Positions 1 through 9,980 of a stretch of DNA of 64,000 nt are shown one piece after another (the stretch's first letter is position 1; each line of letters begins with the position of its first letter). The position numbers were made by a program, and so were the translations under genes. This DNA is from an uncultured Pelagibacteraceae bacterium (lineage in GTDB: Bacteria; Pseudomonadota; Alphaproteobacteria; Pelagibacterales; Pelagibacteraceae). Location: the NCBI GenBank assembly GCA_902600855.1, contig CACKKY010000001.1, forward strand, positions 6,851 to 70,850. Reading direction: 5' to 3'. The notes under the pieces were generated by a model. The model searched no databases, was not told the DNA's origin, and saw only the letters and a list, made by a program, of their open reading frames with translations.

Positions 1-491
1 TTTGTTATTCCACCTAACATTGATTTCATAATTGAAGGTACTCCAGGAAGACAAAATACATTTTCAACACTAAATCCAGGCGCACCACTTGTTGGATTTA
101 AAATTAATTCTGCATTTTCAGGCATCCATATCATTTTCTGTCTACCTTCGTTAAATTCCCCTGGCTTATAATAAGATTCTAAAATTTTGTAACCTTCTTT
201 ATGAATTTCATATTTCAATCCAAATGCTTTAGAAACCGACTCAGCTGTTATATCATCATGAGTGGGACCTATACCACCAGTTGTAAAAACATAATCGTTT
301 TCTTTTCTTAAAACATTTAATGTATCTACGATGGTTTTTTCAATGTCAGGAATAACTCTTACTTCTTTTACTTTTACTCCAATTGAGTTTAACCAAGTAG
401 CTAAAGTTGATGTATTAGTATCTTGTGTTCTTCCGGATAAAATTTCATTGCCAATAATTAAAATTGCGGCATTAACTTTTGTATCTTTCAT
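1..491 (-). CDS. CinA-like/molybdopterin-binding domain protein (3' end runs off the window)
   Basis: Manual translation from ATG at 491: MKDTKVNAAILIIGNEILSGRTQDTN...VFTTGGIGPTHDDITAE...LPGVP, hallmark motifs of the CinA/MoCF-biosynthesis domain; absent from the ORF track because it is truncated. Confidence 0.85.
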   Translation of the reverse strand, partial: MKDTKVNAAILIIGNEILSGRTQDTNTSTLATWLNSIGVKVKEVRVIPDIEKTIVDTLNVLRKENDYVFTTGGIGPTHDDITAESVSKAFGLKYEIHKEGYKILESYYKPGEFNEGRQKMIWMPENAELILNPTSGAPGFSVENVFCLPGVPSIMKSMLGGIT

Positions 492-502
492 TATTTTAAA
501 TG

Positions 503-508
503 TATAAT
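503..508 (+). promoter_or_regulatory. Probable -10 element (TATAAT) giving a leaderless sfsA transcript
   Basis: TATAAT lies 6 nt before ATG 515; TTGTAT at 479-484 is 18 nt upstream; no SD. Confidence 0.5.
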
Positions 509-514
509 TTAGAA

Positions 515-1213
515 ATGGAATTTACCAAGTCTTTAATTAAAGGCAAATTAATCAAACGATACAAACGTTTTTTTGCTGATGTTCAGCTTGATAAAGAAAT
601 TGTCACAGCTCATTGTCCAAATACTGGCTCTATGCAGGGATTGTTAGATAGTGGAAATGAGGTCTATTTACTTCCAAACAACGACCCTAAACGAAAACTA
701 AAATATGGTCTTGAAATTATAAAGAGTAGAAATAATTTAGTAGGTGTTAATACGCACATGGCAAATAAAATAGCACATCACGCTTTAAAAAATAATTTAA
801 TTAAAGAACTAAAAAATATTGAAACCATTAAACCAGAGGTATTTTTTGATAAAGAGACAAGATTTGACTTCTTGTTGGAAAAAAAGAAAGAGAAAATTTT
901 TGTTGAAGTAAAGAATGTGACCTTATTTAGGGATAAAAAAACTGCTGAATTTCCTGATGCTATTACTTCTCGTGGGTCAAAACATTTACTTACCCTTATT
1001 GATGCCATAAAGAAAGGTTATAAAACCTACTTGTTATTTTTGGTTCAAATTGAAAATATGGAGTATTTTAAAATAGCTAAAGATATAGACACCGAATATT
1101 ATAATAATTTCTTAATTGCAAAAAAAGCAGGTGTTAATTTTTTAGCTTATAGATGTAATATAAGTATCAAAAAAATTTACATAGAAAAAAAACTTAAAAT
1201 TATAAATGACTGA
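515..1213 (+). CDS. sfsA: DNA/RNA nuclease SfsA (sugar fermentation stimulation protein)
   Basis: KRYKRFFADV, AHCPNTGSM, FVEVKNVT and FPDAITSRGSKHL motifs; start placed at the second ATG (515). Confidence 0.92.
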   Translation: MEFTKSLIKGKLIKRYKRFFADVQLDKEIVTAHCPNTGSMQGLLDSGNEVYLLPNNDPKRKLKYGLEIIKSRNNLVGVNTHMANKIAHHALKNNLIKELKNIETIKPEVFFDKETRFDFLLEKKKEKIFVEVKNVTLFRDKKTAEFPDAITSRGSKHLLTLIDAIKKGYKTYLLFLVQIENMEYFKIAKDIDTEYYNNFLIAKKAGVNFLAYRCNISIKKIYIEKKLKIIND

Positions 1214-1976
1214 TTATAAAGAAAAATTCGAAAAAATGAGAATTGCTGGAAACTTAGCTGCAAGGACACTTGATATGTTAACTGAAAATATTAAAGAAGG
1301 AATATCAACAGATCATATTGATAAGCTAGGTTATGAATTTATAAGAGATAATGGTGGTTACTCAGCACCACTTTATTATAGAGGTTTTACAAAATCTTTA
1401 TGTACTTCATTAAATCATGTTATTTGTCATGGAATACCATCTGATAGAATTTTGAGAGATGGTGATGCGGTGAATGTTGATGTTACAGCAATTGTAGATG
1501 AGCATTATGGAGATACGAGTAGAATGTTTTCAATAGGTAACACATCTGTAAAATTAAATAATCTTATAGATGCCACTCACGAGTCTATGATGAGAGCAAT
1601 TAAAATTTTGAAACCTGGAGTAAGACTTGGAGATATAGGTTACGAAATTCAATCTTTCGTTGAAGAAAAAGGTTTTTCAGTTGTAAGAGATTTTTGTGGT
1701 CACGGAATAAGTACAACATTTCATGAACCACCAAATATTTTACATTATGGAAGTAAAAATTCTGGTATGGATTTAAAACCAGGAATGACTTTTACAATAG
1801 AGCCTATGATAAATGCTGGAAAATATAATGTAAAAATGTTAAATGATGGGTGGACAGCCGTTACAAAAGATAAATCATTATCAGCACAATTTGAGCATAC
1901 AATCGGTATTACTGAAAATGGTTATGAAATCTTTACAGAATCTGCTAAAGGTTATTCAAAGCCTCCATACTTATAA
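1206..1976 (+). CDS. map: Methionine aminopeptidase type I
   Basis: CTSLNHVICHGIP, GDTSRMF, FCGHGI, FTIEPMIN, SAQFEHT. Confidence 0.97.
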   Translation: MTDYKEKFEKMRIAGNLAARTLDMLTENIKEGISTDHIDKLGYEFIRDNGGYSAPLYYRGFTKSLCTSLNHVICHGIPSDRILRDGDAVNVDVTAIVDEHYGDTSRMFSIGNTSVKLNNLIDATHESMMRAIKILKPGVRLGDIGYEIQSFVEEKGFSVVRDFCGHGISTTFHEPPNILHYGSKNSGMDLKPGMTFTIEPMINAGKYNVKMLNDGWTAVTKDKSLSAQFEHTIGITENGYEIFTESAKGYSKPPYL

Positions 1977-1979
1977 TTA

Positions 1980-3272
1980 ATGATAAAAAGATACTCGCGA
2001 AAAGAACTTACTGACATTTGGTCAGAAGAAAATAAATATAAAATTTGGCTTGATGTAGAAGTAGCTGCAGCTCAAGCAATGGAAAAACTTGGTCAAATTC
2101 CAAAAGGGGTTTCTTCAACAGTTAAAAAAAAAGCTAAGATAAATGTAAAAAGAATTCATCAAATTGAAGGTCAAGTTAAACATGACGTAATAGCCTTTTT
2201 AACCTCAATCACAGAAAAAGCTGGAATAAAAGCTAGGTATTTACATCAGGGAATGACCTCATCGGATGTTTTAGATACTAGTTTTAATATTCAATTGGTT
2301 CAATCTGGAAAAATAATTCTTAAAGATTTAGATCAAATTTTAAAAGTATTAAAGAAACAAGCTAGAAAATATAAATTTACACCTTGTATGGGAAGAAGTC
2401 ATGGTATTCATGCAGAACCAATTACATTTGGATTAAAATTAGCTTCATTCTACGAAGAGTTTAAAAGAAATAGAAAAAGATTTGTTGATGCAATTGATGA
2501 AGTATCTACTTGTGCTATCTCAGGTGCAGTTGGTACTTTTGCAAACATAAATCCTAATGTTGAAAAACATGTAGCAAAAAAACTTGGTTTAAAAGTGGAG
2601 CCAATTTCAACACAAGTTATTCCAAGGGACAGACATGCATTTTATTTTTCAATTTTGGGAATAATAGCAGGCTCAATAGAAAGAGTTGCAATTGAGATAA
2701 GACATCTTCAAAGAACAGAGGTGTATGAGTTACAAGAATATTTTTCAAAAAATCAAAAAGGTTCTTCAGCAATGCCCCATAAAAAAAATCCTATTTTAAG
2801 TGAAAATTTAACTGGTCTTGCTCGAATGGTTAGAAGTGCAGTTATACCTGCTATGGAAAATATTGCTTTGTGGCATGAAAGAGATATTTCTCATTCAAGT
2901 GTTGAAAGAAATATTGGACCTGATGCTAATATCACAACAGATTTTGCATTGGTAAGATTAACAAATATTCTAGATAATATGATTGTTTATCCCAAAAAAA
3001 TGTTAGAAAATTTAAATATAACTAAAGGTTTGATTTTTTCTCAAGAGTTGATGCTTGAACTTACAAAAACAGGTCTAAGTAGAGAAAAATCTTACAAAAT
3101 GGTTCAAACTTATGCAAAAAAATGTTTTGCTGAAAACTTAGATTTGTTTAATGTCATCCAGTCTGACAAATATATAATGAAAAAAATCTCACAAAAAAAA
3201 TTAAAATCTATTTTTAGTTTTTCAAAACATTTTAAAAATGTAAATTTAATCTTTAGAAGAGTATTCAGATAA
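1980..3272 (+). CDS. purB: Adenylosuccinate lyase
   Basis: [11 protein letters not shown] signature, [18 protein letters not shown]. Confidence 0.97.
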   Translation: MIKRYSRKELTDIWSEENKYKIWLDVEVAAAQAMEKLGQIPKGVSSTVKKKAKINVKRIHQIEGQVKHDVIAFLTSITEKAGIKARYLHQGMTSSDVLDTSFNIQLVQSGKIILKDLDQILKVLKKQARKYKFTPCMGRSHGIHAEPITFGLKLASFYEEFKRNRKRFVDAIDEVSTCAISGAVGTFANINPNVEKHVAKKLGLKVEPISTQVIPRDRHAFYFSILGIIAGSIERVAIEIRHLQRTEVYELQEYFSKNQKGSSAMPHKKNPILSENLTGLARMVRSAVIPAMENIALWHERDISHSSVERNIGPDANITTDFALVRLTNILDNMIVYPKKMLENLNITKGLIFSQELMLELTKTGLSREKSYKMVQTYAKKCFAENLDLFNVIQSDKYIMKKISQKKLKSIFSFSKHFKNVNLIFRRVFR

Positions 3273-4057
3273 TGAAAAAAGGTAAAAAACTTTATGAAGG
3301 AAAAGCAAAAATTATATATGCAACTTCTGATAAAGATTTAGTAATCCAATATTTTAAAGATGATGCTACGGCTTATAATAATCTTAAGAAATCAAGTATT
3401 GAGGGAAAAGGTGTTCTAAACAATAGAATATCAGAACATATTTTAACAAATTTATCTCAAATCGGAATTAAGAACCACTTAGTTAAAAGATTAAACATGA
3501 GAGAACAAGTTATAAAATTTGTGGAGATTATACCTATAGAGTTTGTTGTAAGAAATGTAGCGACAGGATCTCTTACAAAAAGATTAGGTATAGAAGATGG
3601 AACTGTTTTAAAGGAACCATTGATTGAATATTGCTTAAAAGATGACAAATTGGGTGATCCATTAATCGCTGAGGAACATATTTTAACTTTTGATTGGGCT
3701 TCTAAAAAAGAGTTGGAAAAAGTAAAAAAAATGATTTTAAGAATAAATGATTTTATGATTGGTATGTTTAGAGGTGTTGGAATTAAACTTATAGATTTTA
3801 AACTGGAGTTTGGAAGGCTTAAATCAAGTGGCAAAAATGAGATTATATTAGCTGACGAAATAAGTCCTGATACATGCAGATTATGGGACAGTATTACTGA
3901 TAAGAAATTAGATAAAGATAGATTTAGAAAAGATTTAGGTGATTTAATTCCTGCGTACACAGAGGTAGCTAAAAGATTAGGAATCCTTCATGAACAAGCA
4001 AATGTTTCGGCGGTAAATGTTACAAAATTATCCTCAGTAAAAAGAAAACGTAAATGA
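3272..4057 (+). CDS. purC: SAICAR synthetase
   Basis: [34 protein letters not shown]. Confidence 0.97.
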   Translation: MKKGKKLYEGKAKIIYATSDKDLVIQYFKDDATAYNNLKKSSIEGKGVLNNRISEHILTNLSQIGIKNHLVKRLNMREQVIKFVEIIPIEFVVRNVATGSLTKRLGIEDGTVLKEPLIEYCLKDDKLGDPLIAEEHILTFDWASKKELEKVKKMILRINDFMIGMFRGVGIKLIDFKLEFGRLKSSGKNEIILADEISPDTCRLWDSITDKKLDKDRFRKDLGDLIPAYTEVAKRLGILHEQANVSAVNVTKLSSVKRKRK

Positions 4058-4293
4058 AGATATCAGTTATTATAACTCTTAAAAAAGATGTCCTAGATCC
4101 ACAAGGTAAAGTAATACAACAAACATTAGATGGTATGGGTTTTAATGATATTAATGAAGTAAGGCAAGGAAAGTATTTTGAAATTGATACTAAGGAAAAT
4201 GATCCTAAAAAAGCAAAAGATAAAGTTGAAGAAATGTGTAAAAAACTTTTAGCTAATCTTGTTATAGAAAATTATAAAATTATTGAAGTATAA
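4054..4293 (+). CDS. purS: FGAM synthase subunit PurS
   Basis: [27 protein letters not shown]; operon context. Confidence 0.95.
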   Translation: MKISVIITLKKDVLDPQGKVIQQTLDGMGFNDINEVRQGKYFEIDTKENDPKKAKDKVEEMCKKLLANLVIENYKIIEV

Positions 4294-4299
4294 TAATTA

Positions 4300-4983
4300 A
4301 TGAAATCATCAGTCATAACTTTTCCTGGATCAAATTGTGATAGAGATATGGATGTTGCTTTAAAACAATTTGGCTTTAAAAATAAAATGGTATGGCATAA
4401 CGATGCTGAAATTCCTAAAAGTGACTTAGTAGTCCTTCCAGGTGGTTTTTCCTATGGAGATTATCTTAGATGCGGAAGTATGGCTTCAAAATCAAAGATT
4501 ATGAACTCAGTGATTAACTTTGCAAAATCTGGAGGCCTTGTAATGGGTATTTGTAATGGTTTTCAAATATTGGTAGAAACTGGATTAGTTCCAGGTGTTT
4601 TATTAAGAAATAAATATTTAGAGTTTATTTGTAAAAATGTATTTGTGAAAATTAACGATAAAAAAAATACATATTTCAAAAATATTAATAAAGATATTGT
4701 TGAGTTTCATATTGCACATAACGAAGGTAATTATTTTTGTACTAAAGATCAAATAAAAGAAATTGAGGATAATCATCAAATTGCAATAAATTATTGTAAC
4801 AAAGATGGAATAATTGAAGATCAATTTAACCCAAACGGTTCAATTAAAAATATTGCTGGAATATTTAACAAAGAAAAGAATGTTTTAGGAATGATGCCGC
4901 ATCCTGAAAGAATGATAGATTCATCTTTGTCTGGCGAAGATGGTTCGCTTTTTTTTAAAAATCTAATTAATAATTTAAAATGA
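4300..4983 (+). CDS. purQ: FGAM synthase glutaminase subunit PurQ
   Basis: FPGSNCD, PGGFSYGDYLR, GICNGFQ, MMPHPER. Confidence 0.97.
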   Translation: MKSSVITFPGSNCDRDMDVALKQFGFKNKMVWHNDAEIPKSDLVVLPGGFSYGDYLRCGSMASKSKIMNSVINFAKSGGLVMGICNGFQILVETGLVPGVLLRNKYLEFICKNVFVKINDKKNTYFKNINKDIVEFHIAHNEGNYFCTKDQIKEIEDNHQIAINYCNKDGIIEDQFNPNGSIKNIAGIFNKEKNVLGMMPHPERMIDSSLSGEDGSLFFKNLINNLK

Positions 4984-7172
4984 TTGTTAACGAACAGGTA
5001 GCAATTGATCATGGTCTTAAAAAAGATGAATACGCAAAAATTTGTGAACTACTTAAAAGAATACCGAATATTACAGAGCTTGGAATTTTTTCAGCTATGT
5101 GGAATGAGCATTGTTCATACAAATCATCAAGACTTCATTTAAAAAAATTACCAACAAAAGGAAAACAGGTTATTCAGGGTCCAGGTGAAAATGCTGGTGT
5201 AATTGATATTGAAGATAATGATGCAATTGTATTTAAAATTGAAAGTCATAATCACCCTTCTTTTATTGAACCCTATCAAGGTGCGGCAACTGGTGTAGGT
5301 GGTATCATGCGAGACGTATTTACAATGGGGGCAAGACCTATCGCAAATTTAAATTCAATTCATTTTGGATCACCACAACACAAAAAAACTAAAAATTTAT
5401 TAAGAGGTGTAGTTCATGGGATTGGTGGATATGGTAACTGCATGGGTGTTCCAACAATTGCGGGTCAAACAAGCTTTGATAGTTCCTATAATGGTAATAT
5501 TTTAGTTAATGCAATGACATTAGGTTTAGTTAAGAAAGATAAGATTTTTTATTCAAAAGCAGCAGGATTAAATAAACCTGTGATTTATGTTGGCTCAAAA
5601 ACAGGTCGTGATGGAATTCATGGGGCAAGTATGGCTTCAGCTAGTTTTGATGAAAAAATTGAAGAAAAAAAACCAACTGTACAAGTTGGTGATCCATTCA
5701 CAGAAAAATTACTTCTCGAAGCTTGTTTAGAGTTAATGTCTGGAGACTCGATTATTGCTATACAAGATATGGGAGCAGCAGGACTTACTTCATCTAGTAT
5801 TGAAATGGCATCAAAAGGAAATTTAGGCATAGAAATTAATTTAAACAAAGTTCCCTGTAGAGAATCTAAGATGACTCCATATGAGATAATGCTTTCTGAA
5901 AGCCAAGAACGAATGTTGATTGTCTTAGAAAATGGCAAAGAGGAACATGCAAAAAAAATATTTGATAAATGGAATTTAGATTTTGCTGTAATTGGGAAGA
6001 CAACTAAATCTAAAAAAATTGAACTTTATTTTGATAATCAACAAGTTGCAAATATTCCAGTTAATACATTGGTTGAAAATTCCCCTATGTACGACCGAAA
6101 ATGGAAAAAAACAAAGCTACCAAAAAAAAATAAAATTAAGAGAGGTGATCTTAAAAATTTAAAGATAATTGATGTTTTAAAAAAAGTTTTAGCTAATCCT
6201 AATGTTTGTAGTAAAGAATGGATTTGGCAACAGTATGATCATACTGTTATGGGTGATACTATACAAAAGCCTGGTGGTGACTCAGGAGTTGTTAGAGTAC
6301 ATGGAACCAATAAAGCTGTTGCTGCATCAGTAGATTCTTCTGCTGTGTATTGTTGGGCACATCCACTAACTGGTGGAAAACAAGTTGTTTGCGAAAGTTT
6401 TAGAAATTTAATTTCTGTGGGTGCAAAACCGATTGCTATTACAAATTGTTTAAATTTTGGTAGTCCAGAGAACTATGAAAATATGGGAGAGTTTGTAGAG
6501 TGTGTCCAAGGAATTGGTGAGGCTGCAGAATACTTAAATTTTCCAGTAGTTTCAGGAAATGTGTCTTTTTACAATCAAACAAAAGAAGAAGGTATTAAAC
6601 CTACACCATCTATTGGAGGTGTAGGATTGATTAAAGATTATAAAAAAATGATCACGATGGAGTTTAAAGAAAAAAATAATATTGTTTTAGTAATTGGAAA
6701 AACTGAGGGTCATATTGATCAGAGTTTACTTGCAAGAAATATCTTGGATCAAAAAAATGGTCCACCACCAGAAATCAATCTTTTTAATGAAAAAAATATT
6801 GGTGAAACCTTATTGAAGCTTATTGACAATGAATATATTCAAAGTGCCCATGACGTGTCTTTAGGTGGTATATTAACAGCAGTTTCAAAAATGTGTATTA
6901 AAGGAAATAAAGGTATAAATCTTAAAAAACCAAAATATTTAATCAATGAAATTGAATATTTTTTTGCAGAAGATCAAGGTCGCTATATTATTGAGGTCAC
7001 AAAAAAAGATCAAAAAAAAGTAACCGATTTTCTAAAAAAAAATGCTGTTCATTTTGATGAATTAGGAACAATTAATGAAAATGAGCTGTATATTAACGAT
7101 AAGACAAAAGTTACAATTGACGAATTAAAAACTTCAAATAAGAATTGGTTAATTGATTATATGAGTAAATAA
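4980..7172 (+). CDS. purL: FGAM synthase subunit PurL
   Basis: WNEHCSYKSS, ESHNHPS, QDMGAAGL, SESQERM. Confidence 0.97.
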   Translation: MIVNEQVAIDHGLKKDEYAKICELLKRIPNITELGIFSAMWNEHCSYKSSRLHLKKLPTKGKQVIQGPGENAGVIDIEDNDAIVFKIESHNHPSFIEPYQGAATGVGGIMRDVFTMGARPIANLNSIHFGSPQHKKTKNLLRGVVHGIGGYGNCMGVPTIAGQTSFDSSYNGNILVNAMTLGLVKKDKIFYSKAAGLNKPVIYVGSKTGRDGIHGASMASASFDEKIEEKKPTVQVGDPFTEKLLLEACLELMSGDSIIAIQDMGAAGLTSSSIEMASKGNLGIEINLNKVPCRESKMTPYEIMLSESQERMLIVLENGKEEHAKKIFDKWNLDFAVIGKTTKSKKIELYFDNQQVANIPVNTLVENSPMYDRKWKKTKLPKKNKIKRGDLKNLKIIDVLKKVLANPNVCSKEWIWQQYDHTVMGDTIQKPGGDSGVVRVHGTNKAVAASVDSSAVYCWAHPLTGGKQVVCESFRNLISVGAKPIAITNCLNFGSPENYENMGEFVECVQGIGEAAEYLNFPVVSGNVSFYNQTKEEGIKPTPSIGGVGLIKDYKKMITMEFKEKNNIVLVIGKTEGHIDQSLLARNILDQKNGPPPEINLFNEKNIGETLLKLIDNEYIQSAHDVSLGGILTAVSKMCIKGNKGINLKKPKYLINEIEYFFAEDQGRYIIEVTKKDQKKVTDFLKKNAVHFDELGTINENELYINDKTKVTIDELKTSNKNWLIDYMSK

Positions 7173-7402
7173 TGGCGATGGATCTGAAAGAAATTGAGAG
7201 TTTAATAAAAGATGCTCTAGCTGATGCTATTGTAGAAATTCAAGATTTAGCTGGTGATGGAAATCACTATTCAGCAACTGTAACCTCTTCTCAATTTTCA
7301 GGAAAAAGTAAAATAGAACAACATAAAATGGTGTATAATTCTCTTAAGGGTAAAATGGGGAATGAATTACATGCTTTAGCAATTAAAACAAAGGAGCAAT
7401 AA
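7172..7402 (+). CDS. BolA/IbaG family protein
   Basis: GDGNHY, QHKMVY, LHALAIKT; adjacent to monothiol glutaredoxin. Confidence 0.92.
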   Translation: MAMDLKEIESLIKDALADAIVEIQDLAGDGNHYSATVTSSQFSGKSKIEQHKMVYNSLKGKMGNELHALAIKTKEQ

Positions 7403-7734
7403 TGGATGATAATACAAAAAATTTAATACAAAATCATATAGATAATAATGATGTATGTTTGTTTATGAAAGGAACACCTGACGCTCCTCAGTGTGGTTTC
7501 TCAATGGCGGTTACAAATATGTTAAAACTTTTAAATGTAAATTTTCAAAGTGTTAATGTATTAGAAGATCAAAATATAAGAGAGGGAATTAAGATTTTTA
7601 GTGACTGGCCAACAATTCCACAACTTTATATAAAAAAAGAATTTGTTGGTGGATGTGATATTGTTAAAGAAATGTTCGAAACCGGTGAGCTTAAAAAAAT
7701 TCTAGATGACAAGGGTATTAATTATAAAAAATAA
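7402..7734 (+). CDS. grxD: Monothiol glutaredoxin Grx4
   Basis: FMKGTP..PQCGFS, WPTIPQLY, GGCDI. Confidence 0.96.
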   Translation: MDDNTKNLIQNHIDNNDVCLFMKGTPDAPQCGFSMAVTNMLKLLNVNFQSVNVLEDQNIREGIKIFSDWPTIPQLYIKKEFVGGCDIVKEMFETGELKKILDDKGINYKK

Positions 7735-7736
7735 TA

Positions 7737-8354
7737 TTATCTTGAATAATATTCGATAACTAAATTTGGTTCCATTATTATAGGATAAGGGACTTCTTCA
7801 AATTTTGGAATTCTAACAAATTTAAGTTTTTTATTTTTTTCATCCAATTGTATATATTCAGGAATCTCTCTTTCTTTATTAGCTAAAGCGATGTCAATAA
7901 TAGCAAGTTGTTTAGACTTATCTCTAATTTCAATTGTGTCTTCTTCTTTAACTAAGTAACTTCCAATATTCACTTTTTTTCCATTAACTCTAACATGGCC
8001 ATGGTTTATAAGTTGTCTCGCTGAAAATATAGTTGTTGCAAATTTTGCCCTGTAAATAATTGCATCTAATCTTCTCTCTAGTAATCCAATTAAATTTTCT
8101 CCAGTATCACCTTTAAGCATTACAGCTTTTTTGTAAATATTTCTAAATTGTCTTTCGTTAATATTTCCGTAATAAGCTTTTAATTTTTGCTTAGCATGCA
8201 ACTGGATTCCATAATCTGATGGTTTCGAAGTTTTTGTTTGGCCATGCTGACCAGGTCCATAAGCTCTAGTGTTAAATGGACTCTTTGGTCTTCCCCAAAG
8301 GTTGACTTTAAGTCTTCGATCTACTTTATGTTTAGAGTTTAATCTTTTTGTCAT
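7737..8354 (-). CDS. rpsD: 30S ribosomal protein S4
   Basis: [25 protein letters not shown]. Confidence 0.98.
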   Translation of the reverse strand: MTKRLNSKHKVDRRLKVNLWGRPKSPFNTRAYGPGQHGQTKTSKPSDYGIQLHAKQKLKAYYGNINERQFRNIYKKAVMLKGDTGENLIGLLERRLDAIIYRAKFATTIFSARQLINHGHVRVNGKKVNIGSYLVKEEDTIEIRDKSKQLAIIDIALANKEREIPEYIQLDEKNKKLKFVRIPKFEEVPYPIIMEPNLVIEYYSR

Positions 8355-8367
8355 TTAATAATGGAGG

Positions 8368-8395
8368 TTTATAAACTTACTCCTCATTTTGTCAA
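8368..8395 (-). promoter_or_regulatory. Putative sigma70 promoter of rpsD
   Basis: Minus strand TTGACA-16 nt-TATAAA, ending about 13 nt before the rpsD ATG. Confidence 0.45.
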
Positions 8396-9109
8396 TCAAC
8401 GTTTTTTACCTAGACTAGCAAATACACTGGATAAAATACGCGTTTCTTTATCAGATAGATCCATCTTAAAAAAAATATTTCTTAGATTTTCTAACATTAT
8501 TGGTTTCTTTTCTTTGGGCTTAAAAAAATTTATTTGCTCTAGATTTTTAATACATAGGTTAAACATATTGTAGATGTCCTTTTTTGAGGCTGGTTTAATT
8601 TTTTTTGATTGTTTGAATGGTAATCTCTTAAATTTAATTATGCTTGATACAAATTGGGCAATAATAATTAAACTGTGTGAAAGATTTAACGATTTAAAAT
8701 CAGTGTTTGTAGGAATTTGTAATGTATAATTTGCATAACTGATCTCATTATTAGATAAACCTGAAGCTTCAGATCCAAATAAAAAAGAAACTTTTTTCTT
8801 AAAATCAATCTTTTTTAAATCTTCAAGATTTATATGTTTAATATTTTTATTCCTAAATCTTGCGGATGTAGCAATAACATAATCAACATTTTTAACAGCT
8901 AACTCTAAATTATTATAAACTTTACTTTTATTAATTATATTTTTAGCACCAACAGAAGTTGCTAAGATTTTATCATTTGGGTAAATTGGCTTAGGGTCAA
9001 TTATTATTAATTTATCAAAATTAAAGTTTTTCATTGCTCGAGCGCAAGCACCTATATTTTCAGATAACTGAGGTTTATGTAAAATAAATGAAACATTTTT
9101 AGCTGACAT
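8396..9109 (-). CDS. TrmJ/LasT-family SPOUT RNA methyltransferase
   Basis: ENIGACARAMKNF, LFGSEASGLSN, SLNLSHS. Confidence 0.9.
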   Translation of the reverse strand: MSAKNVSFILHKPQLSENIGACARAMKNFNFDKLIIIDPKPIYPNDKILATSVGAKNIINKSKVYNNLELAVKNVDYVIATSARFRNKNIKHINLEDLKKIDFKKKVSFLFGSEASGLSNNEISYANYTLQIPTNTDFKSLNLSHSLIIIAQFVSSIIKFKRLPFKQSKKIKPASKKDIYNMFNLCIKNLEQINFFKPKEKKPIMLENLRNIFFKMDLSDKETRILSSVFASLGKKR

Positions 9110-9114
9110 AAAAT

Positions 9115-9978
9115 TTAATCTAGACCATGATTTTGATTATAAGATGAAATTTTAGATGGTTTTATATTTTCTAAATATTTTTTATCTACTGACCATATAG
9201 AAACTTTCAATGGATAACATTTAGCTGCATCTGATGAATGTTCAGAACCACAATCTCCACCAGGACAAGCAGATAATACTCCCAACAAATCTGTTTCAGC
9301 AAAGAACTCAAGATAATCACCAGGTCGTACTGGGCTTGCTTTCATAAAATATTGTTTAGTATCATGAGTAAAACCTGTGCACATAAAAACATTTAATACA
9401 TCATGAACAATTAATTCTGCTTTTTTAATATCTATGTTTTTTTCTTTGACTAAAGCTCTAGTTAAATTTGAGTGACAACAATAATGGTAATCATTTCCTG
9501 AAAGTAATTTTGAAGTATAAGGGTCGCATCTTGTTCCAATTACATCGTGAACGGAGCCTCCATCACTATCATATCCATACCAATCGAGTGTGTCCCATGT
9601 AATTGTTGCTAGCGATCTTAAATACGGAATTGTGCTATACATTTTATCACCAACTGAAATATGAGTTCCATAAAGAGCTCTTGTTTTTCCTGAATAAAAC
9701 TTTTCATCTAAATTATTTTGTTGAAATAAATTTAGATCCCCAACTTGTGGCCCTTCAATACTTTCAATTCTAAAAAAATCTCCATTTGGTACCTCAAAAG
9801 TATTTGCATCTCTTGGAGAAATAATAATTTCTTTTTGTCGAACAAGATGTTTTCTTGCTTCAAGTAGAATATCTAAATTGTTATCTTGAATTTTATCATT
9901 AGGATAACAAACAACTGGTTTTGCACCTATTCGATAATTTAAATCAGAAGGTTTAATTGAAAACTTTTTAATTTTCAT
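9115..9978 (-). CDS. DUF1989 (urea carboxylase-associated family) protein
   Basis: EGPQVGDLN, HDVIGTRCDPY, CCHSNL, LNVFMCTGF, SACPGGD. Confidence 0.8.
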   Translation of the reverse strand: MKIKKFSIKPSDLNYRIGAKPVVCYPNDKIQDNNLDILLEARKHLVRQKEIIISPRDANTFEVPNGDFFRIESIEGPQVGDLNLFQQNNLDEKFYSGKTRALYGTHISVGDKMYSTIPYLRSLATITWDTLDWYGYDSDGGSVHDVIGTRCDPYTSKLLSGNDYHYCCHSNLTRALVKEKNIDIKKAELIVHDVLNVFMCTGFTHDTKQYFMKASPVRPGDYLEFFAETDLLGVLSACPGGDCGSEHSSDAAKCYPLKVSIWSVDKKYLENIKPSKISSYNQNHGLD

Positions 9979-9980
9979 TT

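Noticed and set aside
8361-8573. 70-aa + strand ORF opposite the rpsD promoter and trmJ-like 3' end
   Set aside because: Antisense overlap with a real gene and promoter; no recognisable motif
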